Below, piece by piece: positions 18,352 to 28,216 of a stretch of DNA of 60,516 nucleotides. The position numbers were made by a program, and so were the translations under genes. Under the pieces are notes generated by a model. It had not been told where the DNA came from. It was given only the letters and a program-made list of their open reading frames with translations, and ran no database searches. Source of the DNA: Acidimicrobiaceae bacterium (GTDB taxonomy: Bacteria > Actinomycetota > Acidimicrobiia > Acidimicrobiales > UBA8592); the NCBI GenBank assembly GCA_002712325.1, contig PATH01000001.1, positions 13,191 through 73,706 on the forward strand, read 5' to 3'. How positions within the stretch are numbered: the stretch's first letter is position 1; each line of letters opens with the position of its first letter.

Positions 18352-19235
18352 TTCCCTAACCTTGTTTCAGCACTGAGATGCAAACCATTTATCCAATCTT
18401 TAGCTGGCAATTCTTTACGTCCTTCAGGCTTGACAGTAATCAAATTTAATGAGCCTTTTCCTGTGCCCACCGTTGCACCTACCATTTCTCCTGGCTCTTG
18501 CCCTCCAGCGTTATGAATACTGGCCTCAAGAATACGCAATCTTTTCTCATCTAATAGAGTCCAAGCATTTCCTAACCGAATTACGCGGTGGATTTGGGCG
18601 GCACTTTGACTCCATTCGATCTGATGCTCTTCGGGCTTTATCTTCTTGGCGTAAGTGGCTTCACCTATTTGAGGATCAGGTTTTCCAAAGCCATTCGCGA
18701 GGCAATCAATCAATAACTCTGTGCCTTTTTCGCAGAGTTCGTTTCGTATTTCATTCAGTGACTTTTCAGGGCTTAAAGGGATTGATTCTTTTCGGTAAAT
18801 TCCACCGGTGTCCAATGTCTTTTCTATCTTCATGACACAAACTCCGGTGAATTCATCGCCTTCGAGAATTGCACGCTCGACAGGTGCTGCGCCTCGCCAT
18901 TTTGGCAACAGAGAGAAATGCAGATTTACTAAAGGAAGATTCGCAAGGAGATGTTCTGGAATTATTTTGCCGAAAGCGACTACTACTCCTAAATCAACAT
19001 CCATTTCTGAAAGGATGTCAAGATCATGGACTACAGGTATACCTAATCTCTGGCTTTCAAATTTTACGGGGCTGGGTGTTACTTTATTTCCCCGTCCTCT
19101 TCGTTTATCTTCTCCTGTGATAACTATTGAGATGTCTAGGCCGAACTCATGTAGAGCTTTTAACGGAGCGACTGCAACGTCAGGAGTTCCAAGGTAGGCA
19201 ATTTTTTTTACCGCCTGAGGAACATCAGGAAGCAC
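18348..19235 (-). CDS. fmt: Methionyl-tRNA formyltransferase
   Basis: YLGTPDVA, NLHFSLLPKWRGAAPV, LDTG. Confidence 0.96.
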   Translation of the reverse strand: MLPDVPQAVKKIAYLGTPDVAVAPLKALHEFGLDISIVITGEDKRRGRGNKVTPSPVKFESQRLGIPVVHDLDILSEMDVDLGVVVAFGKIIPEHLLANLPLVNLHFSLLPKWRGAAPVERAILEGDEFTGVCVMKIEKTLDTGGIYRKESIPLSPEKSLNEIRNELCEKGTELLIDCLANGFGKPDPQIGEATYAKKIKPEEHQIEWSQSAAQIHRVIRLGNAWTLLDEKRLRILEASIHNAGGQEPGEMVGATVGTGKGSLNLITVKPEGRKELPAKDWINGLHLSAETRLGK

Positions 19236-19761
19236 TATCGAATCCAGTTAGACCGATATTAGAGTTCTGTTTTGGGTCCATTATTCGCGTTCGGAGAATT
19301 CTTTTAGCTTCTTGTTGTTGGTCTTCATCTAAGTATTCGAGGAGCAGTTTCCCATTAAGGTGATCCATTTCATGTTGGTATAGTCTTGACTCTAGTTCAT
19401 CCGCCTCTATAGCGATTTCGTTCCCGTTTAGATCAAATCCTGTTATGTAGATCAACCTTGGGCGGATAATGTTCCAAGATAAACCTGGCACGCTGAGGCA
19501 TCCCTCTTCAAAATCCCATTCTCCATGACTTTCTTCGATAACTGGATTGACTAGAACTTGAGGACCGTCACCATAGTCATAGACGAAGAACCGTTTACTT
19601 ATCCCGACTTGCGGCGCGGCCAAACCTATACCTGGTGCTTGGTACATGGCAGTTAGCATTCGCTCACACGTTGAAACGAGCTCTCCGTCAATATTATTGA
19701 CGTCCTCAGCGACCTTCTTCAAGACTGGATCGCCGAATACTCTAATCGTGTAAGAATCCAT
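19225..19761 (-). CDS. def: Peptide deformylase
   Basis: GIGLAAPQ, EGCLS, QHEMDHLNG. Start at ATG 19761 after -10 TATCCT (leaderless). Confidence 0.97.
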   Translation of the reverse strand: MDSYTIRVFGDPVLKKVAEDVNNIDGELVSTCERMLTAMYQAPGIGLAAPQVGISKRFFVYDYGDGPQVLVNPVIEESHGEWDFEEGCLSVPGLSWNIIRPRLIYITGFDLNGNEIAIEADELESRLYQHEMDHLNGKLLLEYLDEDQQQEAKRILRTRIMDPKQNSNIGLTGFDSAS

Positions 19762-19814
19762 ACTTCTAGGATATAGCAGGATATGTGGCATGCAGAGGCT
19801 GTACTGTTTCTTAA

Positions 19815-20414
19815 ATGGAAAGTAATGGACATTATTTTGAGCAAGAACCTTCTTCCGTTCAACGAGAAGGTTCGGTGCAGTTATCTCTTCCGGATTTCTC
19901 AGCTACTTTCACTACTGCGAGTAACGTCTTTTCTTGGAGGAAGCTTGACTCAGGAACAAAGTTTCTACTTCTCAATGTTCCTTCTCCTGAGACAATGCCC
20001 AGGAATGCTCTTGATTTGGGATGTGGCTATGGTCCGATTGCAGCTGTGCTGGAGCATAGGTTTCCTAATACGAAAATTTGGGGTATAGATGTTAATGAAA
20101 GAGCTATTGAGCTAGCCAGAAACAATACCCGAAGGTCTGAAACCGTAATATGTAGACCTGATGAGGTTCCTGCTGATGTGACGTTTGATTTGATATTGTC
20201 GAACCCCCCTATTCGCATAGGGAAAGGGGAACTGAAGAAATTATTAGCTATGTGGCTTGGACGCCTTCACAATTCTGGTTCAGCTTATTTCGTTATCAAC
20301 AAAAATCTTGGGGCAGATAGCATTCAGAAATGGTTAGAGAGTGAATCTTGGATGACGAATCGGCTAAAGTCACTCAAAGGCTACAGGCTTCTTGAGGTTA
20401 AGCATCATGTCTGA
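19815..20414 (+). CDS. Class I SAM-dependent methyltransferase, small (RsmC/MTS-like)
   Basis: HYF, VFS..LDSGTKFLL, LDLGCGYGPI, SNPPIR motifs. Confidence 0.88.
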   Translation: MESNGHYFEQEPSSVQREGSVQLSLPDFSATFTTASNVFSWRKLDSGTKFLLLNVPSPETMPRNALDLGCGYGPIAAVLEHRFPNTKIWGIDVNERAIELARNNTRRSETVICRPDEVPADVTFDLILSNPPIRIGKGELKKLLAMWLGRLHNSGSAYFVINKNLGADSIQKWLESESWMTNRLKSLKGYRLLEVKHHV

Positions 20415-20931
20415 ACATTTATCGAATACTGATTTAAAGCGACTCCATCGAGACTGGCGTAAGAGAACCAAGAAACGACTTGCACTTATCATCGATGGGG
20501 TTCAAGGTCCTTACAATGTGGGTTCTATCATTCGCAGTTCAGCGGCCGAAAGAGTAGATTTCGTTTGGTTCTGCTCAGGGTCAACGACACCAGATAATCT
20601 AAAAACTAGAAAGACAGCTTTGGGAACTGAACGCTACATTAAATGGACTGAGTGCGCTGACGTGACGCAGGCTATTAAGTCTGCCAAATCAGAGGGGTAC
20701 AAAGTTGCCGGACTTGAACTTACCGATGATGCAGTTCCGATTCATGAACTTAATCTGAACGAAGATATTTGCTTTCTTATCGGGCATGAAGACCGTGGAG
20801 TAAGCAAGAGAGCGCTTGAATTATGCGATGTCGTTACATTCATTCCTCAATTGGGAAAAGTCGGTTCTTTGAATGTTTCAGTCGCAGTATCAATTGCTTT
20901 GTACGAAATGCGTAGGCAAGGCTGGAGTTAA
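20407..20931 (+). CDS. SpoU/TrmH-family RNA methyltransferase
   Basis: YNVGSIIRS, GHEDRGV, IPQLGKVGSLNVSVA. Confidence 0.88.
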   Translation: MSEHLSNTDLKRLHRDWRKRTKKRLALIIDGVQGPYNVGSIIRSSAAERVDFVWFCSGSTTPDNLKTRKTALGTERYIKWTECADVTQAIKSAKSEGYKVAGLELTDDAVPIHELNLNEDICFLIGHEDRGVSKRALELCDVVTFIPQLGKVGSLNVSVAVSIALYEMRRQGWS

Positions 20932-20942
20932 TTTGGCCTCAC

Positions 20943-22694
20943 CTAGCTGTTTATTGCTATTCTGATCCGTTCTTTCGGCCTGTTAACTTCTGAAAGAGTT
21001 TGCAGGAGGTGAGAATGCGAATTTGATTTAATGAGCCATGACTCGTTTAGTGGGCCTAAGACCTCAATTCCCTCAGTAACTGCTATCAAATCAACGTACT
21101 TCTCTGCTCCGGGACCAGATATTTCGGCATATGAACCATATGGAGGCAAAGATAATAACTTCCGACGTTGTTCATTTAATTCACCCCATGAGCTAAATTT
21201 TCCTGCTCTAATAACTCCGAGAAATTCGTTCTTCTGAGAGCGTGTTTGAATGATTACTTGTCCATTGTCCCGAGATCTGGTGTTGGTTATTCTGACAGCC
21301 CTTATCAGGTTAGAGAGGGCAATTTCTTCGCTTCTATAACCTCCACCATAAAGCTCTTGATCATAGTCAGCGAAGAAAATTAGGTTAGCCCAGTCAACCC
21401 TATGGAGTGCAGCATTAGTACCTAATAGATATCTAGCATTATGTAGGTCGACGTGACTGGCACTTGAGTGGATTTCTTGCACGTTCTCTTGGAGTAGGGC
21501 TTCTAATTCTTCTTTAGCTCTACCAATTCCAATTCGTAGGTTCTTAAGTTTTGTTGAGAGACAAAATGAACAAACTATTGGCCTCTGATGATTACGCGAG
21601 CATGTTAAATGGTCTTCATTTGGTTGACTCATATTTGAATTACATTCGGAGCAGATCACTATCTCGCCACATGATGCGCATACAAGAAGCTTTGACCTTC
21701 CTTTGCGGTTAAGTATGACCACACTCCTTTCAGAGTTTTTCATTTTGTCTATTACCGCACTCGGCCAAAGGCCCTGTCTTGTATCGATGGGTTCGTTTGG
21801 GTTCAAGACACTGATATTTCCCCACCCTGAGTCGGATTTTTTGCCGTCAGTATGAGTTGTATGAATTTCTTTTCTGACCTCGGGTGTGAATATCGGAGAG
21901 GTAAATATAATCGGGATATTCTTTAACTTCGCTCTCTGCAGAGCTACGTCTCTGGCATTCCAAGTCGGAGCGGATTCATTTCTATACGCATCATCATGTT
22001 CGTCGATTATTAGTATCGCAGCGAGTTCTTTTATCGTTGCAAATGCTGCTGATCTAGTCCCGACGATGGTTCCGCCTTGTGCTCCTAGAAGCCAGTCCTG
22101 TCCGTGCAGTCCAGATTTTACACCCATCCTCTTCAGGCGGCCTACCAGTAACTCTGCTTGTTTGACTGATGGAACTAAGATTAGGGAGTTTCCGTATTTG
22201 ATTGTTTCTTGAATTATTGGCCATCTATCACCAAGAGGTGATATTTCTCGCCCTATTGCCAAAAACCCTGAGGAAAGATCTGTTGTGGATTCCGACACTT
22301 CGGATTGCTTTTTGGAGTCACTTTTCTCATTGTGCCTGGCTCGTATCATAGATTTTGGGCTTGCCGTACGCAGAAATTTACTCACTGGTCCATGCCAGTT
22401 GTTTGCAGCCCATTTTGCGAGATTTAATACTTCCGCACTTGGCCCAATTCCACTTATCTTCTTTAGGGGAATCAAATCAAGGTTGGGTTTGTGAACCGGA
22501 TTAATTTCTGTCACCCATCCGCGAACCAATCTATTTCTGAAACGCATTCGGACGATTGTGCCTACTTCAAGAAACTTACTTTCTCCAGATATGTTCCAAT
22601 CTGCTGGGACTAGATAATCAAACTCTTGTGTGATTGCGTCTATGTCAGGTATCACTCTTACTGCTTCTATCAACTGCTCTCTTGTACTACTCAT
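20943..22694 (-). CDS. priA: Primosomal protein N' (PriA), actinobacterial degenerate-helicase type
   Basis: FDYLVP N-terminal 3'-binding domain, VGTRSAAFA, IIDEH, LNRKG, Cys-rich region, LPPY; located after metK. Confidence 0.88.
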   Translation of the reverse strand: MSSTREQLIEAVRVIPDIDAITQEFDYLVPADWNISGESKFLEVGTIVRMRFRNRLVRGWVTEINPVHKPNLDLIPLKKISGIGPSAEVLNLAKWAANNWHGPVSKFLRTASPKSMIRARHNEKSDSKKQSEVSESTTDLSSGFLAIGREISPLGDRWPIIQETIKYGNSLILVPSVKQAELLVGRLKRMGVKSGLHGQDWLLGAQGGTIVGTRSAAFATIKELAAILIIDEHDDAYRNESAPTWNARDVALQRAKLKNIPIIFTSPIFTPEVRKEIHTTHTDGKKSDSGWGNISVLNPNEPIDTRQGLWPSAVIDKMKNSERSVVILNRKGRSKLLVCASCGEIVICSECNSNMSQPNEDHLTCSRNHQRPIVCSFCLSTKLKNLRIGIGRAKEELEALLQENVQEIHSSASHVDLHNARYLLGTNAALHRVDWANLIFFADYDQELYGGGYRSEEIALSNLIRAVRITNTRSRDNGQVIIQTRSQKNEFLGVIRAGKFSSWGELNEQRRKLLSLPPYGSYAEISGPGAEKYVDLIAVTEGIEVLGPLNESWLIKSNSHSHLLQTLSEVNRPKERIRIAINS

Positions 22695-22738
22695 AAAAAA
22701 TCCTATAAAGCGCTATTGGAGTAGATATTGAAAGGAAG

Positions 22739-23935
22739 TTAGATGTTGAGGACACTCTTTATTGCATCAACTTTGTTTAATTGTTCCCATGTAAAGCCTT
22801 CTTCTTCCCTGCCAAAGTGACCATAAGCTGCAGTTTGGGCGTAAATTGGTCTCCTAAGTTCCAGTTCGTGAATGATAGCAGCAGGGCGGAGATCAAAAAT
22901 TTCATCGATTGCTGAGGAGATAGATTCAGGAGATACAGTCTCAGTTCCAAATGTTTCGACAAGGATAGACATTGGCCTTGCAATACCAATCGCGTATGCC
23001 ACTTGCACTTCGCACCGGGAAGCAGCGCCTGATGCGACAATATTTTTTGCCACCCATCTAGTCGCATATGCTGCGCTTCGGTCAACTTTCGATGGGTCTT
23101 TACCTGAAAATGCCCCGCCGCCGTGCCGGGCCATTCCTCCGTACGTGTCTACTATTATTTTTCTTCCCGTTAGTCCAGCATCTCCGACTGGGCCACCGAT
23201 GACGAATCGCCCGGATGGATTTACATGCACATCGTAGGCGTCATCCTGGAATTCTTCAGGGACGATTGGTCGTATGACATGCTCGATAAGGTCCGGTTCT
23301 ATTTGATGCGATCTGTCAATGCCGGCGTTGTGTTGTGTTGACACCACTACATTCCTCAGACGGACGGGAATGCCTCCCTCATAATCCATTGATACTTGCG
23401 TTTTCCCATCTGGTCGCAGATACGGGACCACCCCACTCCGCCGAATTTCTGTTAACTGTTTGGCTAATCTATGAGCAAGATCTAGTGGTTGAGGCATGAG
23501 ATTCGGCGTTTCCGCAGTTGCATAACCAAACATGAGACCCTGATCTCCTGCACCGAATGAGTCCCATTCATCTTCAGCTATTCCGCTTCTAGCCTCAACG
23601 GAGCTATTTACTCCCTCTGCAATATCATTTGACTGTTCGTCGATAGCTATCATGACGCCGCAAGTGTTTCCGTCAAATCCAAATGATGGCTTATCGTACC
23701 CTATTCTGCAGATCGTTTCCCGAACAATACCGGGGATGTCAACATAAGCTTCTTCAGTTGTAATCTCACCTGTGACAAGAGCCATGCCAGTTGTTACTAA
23801 GGTCTCGCATGCAACTCTGCTCATTGGGTCTTTATCGAGAAGTGCATCAAGAATGGAGTCCGAAATCTGGTCCGCCATTTTGTCTGGGTGCCCTTCTGTT
23901 ACTGATTCTGATGTGAATGTGAAGGCGTCGTTCAT
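22739..23935 (-). CDS. metK: S-adenosylmethionine synthetase
   Basis: [35 protein letters not shown]. Confidence 0.98.
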   Translation of the reverse strand: MNDAFTFTSESVTEGHPDKMADQISDSILDALLDKDPMSRVACETLVTTGMALVTGEITTEEAYVDIPGIVRETICRIGYDKPSFGFDGNTCGVMIAIDEQSNDIAEGVNSSVEARSGIAEDEWDSFGAGDQGLMFGYATAETPNLMPQPLDLAHRLAKQLTEIRRSGVVPYLRPDGKTQVSMDYEGGIPVRLRNVVVSTQHNAGIDRSHQIEPDLIEHVIRPIVPEEFQDDAYDVHVNPSGRFVIGGPVGDAGLTGRKIIVDTYGGMARHGGGAFSGKDPSKVDRSAAYATRWVAKNIVASGAASRCEVQVAYAIGIARPMSILVETFGTETVSPESISSAIDEIFDLRPAAIIHELELRRPIYAQTAAYGHFGREEEGFTWEQLNKVDAIKSVLNI

Positions 23936-23968
23936 TTCCTTACCTTATCTCCTTAGTAAGACAGAGTC

Positions 23969-25147
23969 TTATCTAGTTTCTAATACAGCGTCGAGTATCC
24001 CGTCGGCAATTATACGTTTCTCTGATAATGGAAGAGTCCATTTTGAGTCTTCACTTATGATAGTTACCTCATTTGTATCATGAGAGAATCCGACATCAGG
24101 TAGCGAAACGTTATTGGCAACAATTAGGTTAAGATTTTTTTTCTTTAATTTTTCAATTGCGTTTCTTTCAAGGTCTTCAGTTTCAGCAGCAAATCCTACG
24201 ATGGTCTGGTCAGGCCGCTTTCCCTGTCCTAGGTCAATGAGGAAATCATGGGTCTTCTCTAGTTCGAGGCTTTTGATGCCCTTTGTTTTTTTAATTTTGT
24301 GGTCGGATACTTCTGCAGGGCGAAAGTCAGCTATAGCCGCAGCCATTATTATTACGTCAAATTCGCCTTGATTCCTCATAACAAGGTCTTCCATATCTTT
24401 TGCAGTTTGTGCACATAGGACGTCAACTCCTAGAGGTACGTGATCAGGCATTGAGGTGACTAATGTGACATCTGCTCCACGCATGTAAGCTGCTTGCGCT
24501 AATGCATATCCTTGCTTTCCTGAAGATTTGTTAGTGATGTAGCGGACTGGATCGATAGGTTCTCTCGTTCCGCCGGCTGTGATTAGGATTTTTAGATTTT
24601 TGAGATCTTTTTTTGTAAGCATAAGTTCAACTGAAGAAATAATTGACTCTACTCCAGCTAGTCTTCCTCTACCCACGTCACCGCCAGCCAAAATTCCCTC
24701 TTCTGGTTCAACAATTACAACTCCACGTTCTCTCAAAGTCTTTATATTGTCTTGAACAGCTTGATGTTCCCACATTTCCGTGTGCATAGCTGGACATAAA
24801 ACTACGGGGGCCCTAGTGGCTAATAGCGTGGCCGAAAGCAAATCTCCCGAGATTCCCGCAGCATATGTCCCTATGAGTTTTGCGGTAGCTGGTGCTATTA
24901 ATATGAGGTCTGCTTCTTGGCCTAGTGTTGTATGTGGTATCGGGTCTTCATCGTCCCATAAGGATGATTTAACTGGTTCAGATGCTAAGGCACTCAATGT
25001 CACCTCGCCTATAAACTTCTTTGCAGCCGTTGTCATAATTGGAGAAACGAATGCACCTGCATCAACAAGCCTCCGGCTTATCTCAACTGATTTATAGGCA
25101 GCAATTCCGCCTGATACGCCTAATACAATCCTCTTGTCAGAAAGCAT
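23969..25147 (-). CDS. coaBC: Phosphopantothenoylcysteine decarboxylase/ligase
   Basis: GGIAAYK, APATA, PAMHTEM, TAGGTREPIDPVRYITNKSSGKQG, GFAAET. Confidence 0.97.
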   Translation of the reverse strand: MLSDKRIVLGVSGGIAAYKSVEISRRLVDAGAFVSPIMTTAAKKFIGEVTLSALASEPVKSSLWDDEDPIPHTTLGQEADLILIAPATAKLIGTYAAGISGDLLSATLLATRAPVVLCPAMHTEMWEHQAVQDNIKTLRERGVVIVEPEEGILAGGDVGRGRLAGVESIISSVELMLTKKDLKNLKILITAGGTREPIDPVRYITNKSSGKQGYALAQAAYMRGADVTLVTSMPDHVPLGVDVLCAQTAKDMEDLVMRNQGEFDVIIMAAAIADFRPAEVSDHKIKKTKGIKSLELEKTHDFLIDLGQGKRPDQTIVGFAAETEDLERNAIEKLKKKNLNLIVANNVSLPDVGFSHDTNEVTIISEDSKWTLPLSEKRIIADGILDAVLETR

Positions 25148-25161
25148 AATGCACTCACCAA

Positions 25162-25512
25162 TTACTCGGTTTCTTCTTCCTCTTCTTCAGGTTCGTCGAC
25201 TTCAGTCATTTCCTCTGGGGCCACAATTGGTTCAGGTTCTTTCTTCTCCCCTGCAAGAACCTTATCTTGGATAATCTCTTCAAAACTTATTGATAAGGGC
25301 TTAGCAATACCATCTGCCTGCACCTGAGGTGGAACGGAACTTCCGAGTCCTCCATCTAGTTGGTTTCGGTAAGCATTAATCTGCCTTGCTCGTTGGGCAG
25401 CTAGTGTAACAAGGCGAAATTTTGAATGAGAATCTTCATCACCTTGTTTGAGGGATCTTTCCAGCAGGCCCTCAATTTTAGGGTAAATCATTGAATTATT
25501 TTCGGTTGACAT
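25162..25512 (-). CDS. rpoZ: RNA polymerase omega subunit
   Basis: SKFRLVTLAAQRARQIN...KPLSISFEEI; between gmk and coaBC. Confidence 0.93.
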   Translation of the reverse strand: MSTENNSMIYPKIEGLLERSLKQGDEDSHSKFRLVTLAAQRARQINAYRNQLDGGLGSSVPPQVQADGIAKPLSISFEEIIQDKVLAGEKKEPEPIVAPEEMTEVDEPEEEEEETE

Positions 25513-25613
25513 TCTTACTCCAAACTCTCGCTTTAGTTTGCGAAATGATACTCCTAATAGTAACGAGATTGATTCGAAATACTACTTTCGGTATCTCAAA
25601 TGAATTAAGTTAA

Positions 25614-26156
25614 CTACTTATGGTTAGCAACCTGGCTTTCTATCAGGGTCCGTATTTCTTGAATTGTTCGTTCCAAGTCGTCGTTGATAATGATGTGCGC
25701 TCCAAGTTCCTTTGCTCTCTCACGTTCTCGTTCGCCTTTAAGGATTCTCTTTTCTACCTCAGCTTCAGGGTCTCCTCTGCCCCTGAGTCGTCTAGCTTGG
25801 TCTTCGACAGAAGGGGCATCTACGAATATGAGTAGCGCTGGTATGGCTTGCTCAATAACAGCTGTAGCTCCTTGTACATCAATTTCAAGCAATATGTGCA
25901 TGCCATTTGGCGCTTCAGGCAACGGCGTTCCATAGAGATTTCCTTGGAATTCCGCCCATTCTAGAAACTTTCCGCTTTCAATGGAGGATTCAAATTTTTC
26001 ACGAGTGACGAAAACGTAACTTTCCGGACTTTCACCTGCACGCATAGATCGGGTTGTCCAACTTTTGGAAAGCCATAGATTATCCATTGAATCAACAAGT
26101 GATTGTGCGATTGTTCCTTTGCCGACTCCTCCAGGGCCGGAGACTACGATAACCAT
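25614..26156 (-). CDS. gmk: Guanylate kinase
   Basis: SGPGGVGKGT P-loop, SWTTR..R.GE, FLEWAEF.GNLYGT, LEIDVQG. Confidence 0.96.
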   Translation of the reverse strand: MVIVVSGPGGVGKGTIAQSLVDSMDNLWLSKSWTTRSMRAGESPESYVFVTREKFESSIESGKFLEWAEFQGNLYGTPLPEAPNGMHILLEIDVQGATAVIEQAIPALLIFVDAPSVEDQARRLRGRGDPEAEVEKRILKGERERERAKELGAHIIINDDLERTIQEIRTLIESQVANHK

Positions 26157-26164
26157 GTCGAGAT

Positions 26165-26479
26165 TTAACTAAACTCTGAGACGAGTGCCGCTCTTTGTTG
26201 ATCGCCTAACCCTCTGAGGCGCCTGCTTTCTGCGATTCCTATCTCTTTCATGATACGTCGAGCTTTTACTTTCCCTATTTTTGGCATTGATTCAAGAACT
26301 GCAAGAACTTTAGTTCTGCTTACGATCTCATTTGAATCAGACTTTTCAAGAACTTCACTGATTGTGAGTGAACCCATTTTAATTAGTGCTTTAAGTTCTG
26401 CTCTCACTCTTCGAGCCTCAGCAGCTTTTTCTAACGCTGCGCGCCGTTGTTCATCTGTGAGTTTTGGTGGTGCGGGCAT
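26165..26479 (-). CDS. mihF: Actinobacterial integration host factor (mIHF/sIHF)
   Basis: LTDEQRRAALEKAAEARRVRAELK...LESMPKIGKVKA...RRLRGLG. Confidence 0.95.
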   Translation of the reverse strand: MPAPPKLTDEQRRAALEKAAEARRVRAELKALIKMGSLTISEVLEKSDSNEIVSRTKVLAVLESMPKIGKVKARRIMKEIGIAESRRLRGLGDQQRAALVSEFS

Positions 26480-26519
26480 ATTTAAATAATAATTCTCACA
26501 TTCTAAGGAACGGTGAATG

Positions 26520-27242
26520 CTATATATTTTTTGGAGGTATCTGAGAAATATCCATGATTATTTCACGCGCAGCTCTCCTGGGGTCTGCACTTTGTACAAC
26601 TGCGCGACCTATCACAAGCAAGTCAGCCCCATTGTTTATAGCAGCCAATGGGGTTGCGACATTAGCTTGGTCATGGTGTTCTACCCCCTTCGGTCGGATA
26701 CCAGGCACTACGAATGTTAAATCTGGAACAATAAGATTTGCTTCTTCGAGGTTCTTTGCTGAACAGACTATTCCTTTACAGCCTGATAGTTTTGCCAGAC
26801 GAAGTCTCTCTTCCATTAAGGTACTAGGAGTTTCTTTTTGGCTCGTAAGAATAGTTACACCCAGTGCTTGCGGTGCTTCCAACTCGGCATATTCTGCTCC
26901 CTGTGCAAGGCCTTCAACGCCAGCAGTCAACATTTCTTCCCCTCCAGATGTATGGAGTGTTAGATAGTCGATGCCCAGAGACCCTAGGACTTTCGCAGCT
27001 CGTCCGACGGTGTTAGGTATATCGTGCAGTTTTAAGTCAAGGAATACCTTGTAACCCATTTCTTTTAGCGTGCCAATAATGTCTGGTCCGGCTGCGCTAA
27101 ATAACTCAAGACCTACTTTTGCTACTCCAAAATACGGAAGCAAATCTCTAGCCAGTCGAACAGCCACTACCAAATCATCAACGTCTAGTGCCAAGGCGAG
27201 TTTATTTGTAATTTCTGGTTTGATTTCAATATCTTCTTCCAT
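26520..27242 (-). CDS. pyrF: Orotidine-5'-phosphate decarboxylase
   Basis: ALDV, KVGLEL, DLKLHDIPNTV, PGIR, VIGR. Confidence 0.96.
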   Translation of the reverse strand: MEEDIEIKPEITNKLALALDVDDLVVAVRLARDLLPYFGVAKVGLELFSAAGPDIIGTLKEMGYKVFLDLKLHDIPNTVGRAAKVLGSLGIDYLTLHTSGGEEMLTAGVEGLAQGAEYAELEAPQALGVTILTSQKETPSTLMEERLRLAKLSGCKGIVCSAKNLEEANLIVPDLTFVVPGIRPKGVEHHDQANVATPLAAINNGADLLVIGRAVVQSADPRRAAREIIMDISQIPPKNI

Positions 27243-27268
27243 GAATCTCTATTTCCTTTTCCTATTGT

Positions 27269-28216
27269 TTAGTGAGCAAGACCCTTTACAGCTTGAATGT
27301 TTTCAATCTTGTTTTCCTCGCACCATTTAAATAAATCCGTGATGACTCTTTTAGATATTCTGGGATCAGCGAAGTTTGCAGACCCAATTTGAACTGCTGA
27401 TGCTCCAGCCATCAAAAACTCAATTACGTCTTTTGCTGAGGCTACGCCGCCGACCCCCACAATTGGGATATCCGGTAGGGCTGAATGAACGTCGAATACT
27501 GAACGTATTGCGATAGGTCGAATTGCGGGGCCACTTAATCCGCCACCTCCAGCACCAAGCAATGGTCGTCTCTTGTCGATATCGATTACCATCCCCATCA
27601 CGGTGTTGATTAAAGTGACTCCATCAGCTCCTGCTTCTGCAGCAGCTCCTGCAATCTCAACCAAATTTGTAACATTTGGGCTTAATTTAGCCCATCGGGG
27701 TATTTTGATCTGGCTTGTTGCTCGAATTACTTCGTGGGTGCTATCCGGAGAATGGGAGAACATCTTTCCGCGATCCTCAATGTTTGGGCAGGAGATGTTG
27801 AGCTCTACTGCTTTTACCGTGGATGGCAAGTCAGAACATAAGTCGGCGGCAGCCGCATAATCTTCGATTGTCCTTCCCCATATGCTCAAGATAACTGTTA
27901 CCTTTTGCTCAATTAGCGATGGTAGAATATGTTCAATCCAGTATGGTAAGCCAGGTCCCTGCAGTCCGATACTATTGATCATTCCATTGGGTGTCTCATG
28001 TAATCGGGGTGCATTGTTTCCTTTCCATTCATATGCTGAAAGACTTTTGACAACTATTGCCCCAACTGTTGATAAATCGGTTACTGAAGCTAGTTCTGTT
28101 CCGTGCCCAGCTGTCCCTGAGGCCAGCATTACGGGATTTTTAAGACTGACATTACCAAAGGAGGTAGCTAAAGGGTTTGAACTATCGCGAGCCTGAGTAG
28201 CTATATCATTGCCCAT
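27269..28216 (-). CDS. pyrD: Dihydroorotate dehydrogenase, family 1 (1B-like catalytic subunit)
   Basis: [41 protein letters not shown]. Start 28216 or 28228. Confidence 0.94.
   Translation of the reverse strand: MGNDIATQARDSSNPLATSFGNVSLKNPVMLASGTAGHGTELASVTDLSTVGAIVVKSLSAYEWKGNNAPRLHETPNGMINSIGLQGPGLPYWIEHILPSLIEQKVTVILSIWGRTIEDYAAAADLCSDLPSTVKAVELNISCPNIEDRGKMFSHSPDSTHEVIRATSQIKIPRWAKLSPNVTNLVEIAGAAAEAGADGVTLINTVMGMVIDIDKRRPLLGAGGGGLSGPAIRPIAIRSVFDVHSALPDIPIVGVGGVASAKDVIEFLMAGASAVQIGSANFADPRISKRVITDLFKWCEENKIENIQAVKGLAH

Noticed and set aside
25513-25613. Imperfect hairpin (GAGAT...CGAAA-TACTAC-TTTCG...ATCTC) between gmk and rpoZ
   Set aside because: Weak AT-rich stem with no U-tract and no resemblance to a known RNA family.
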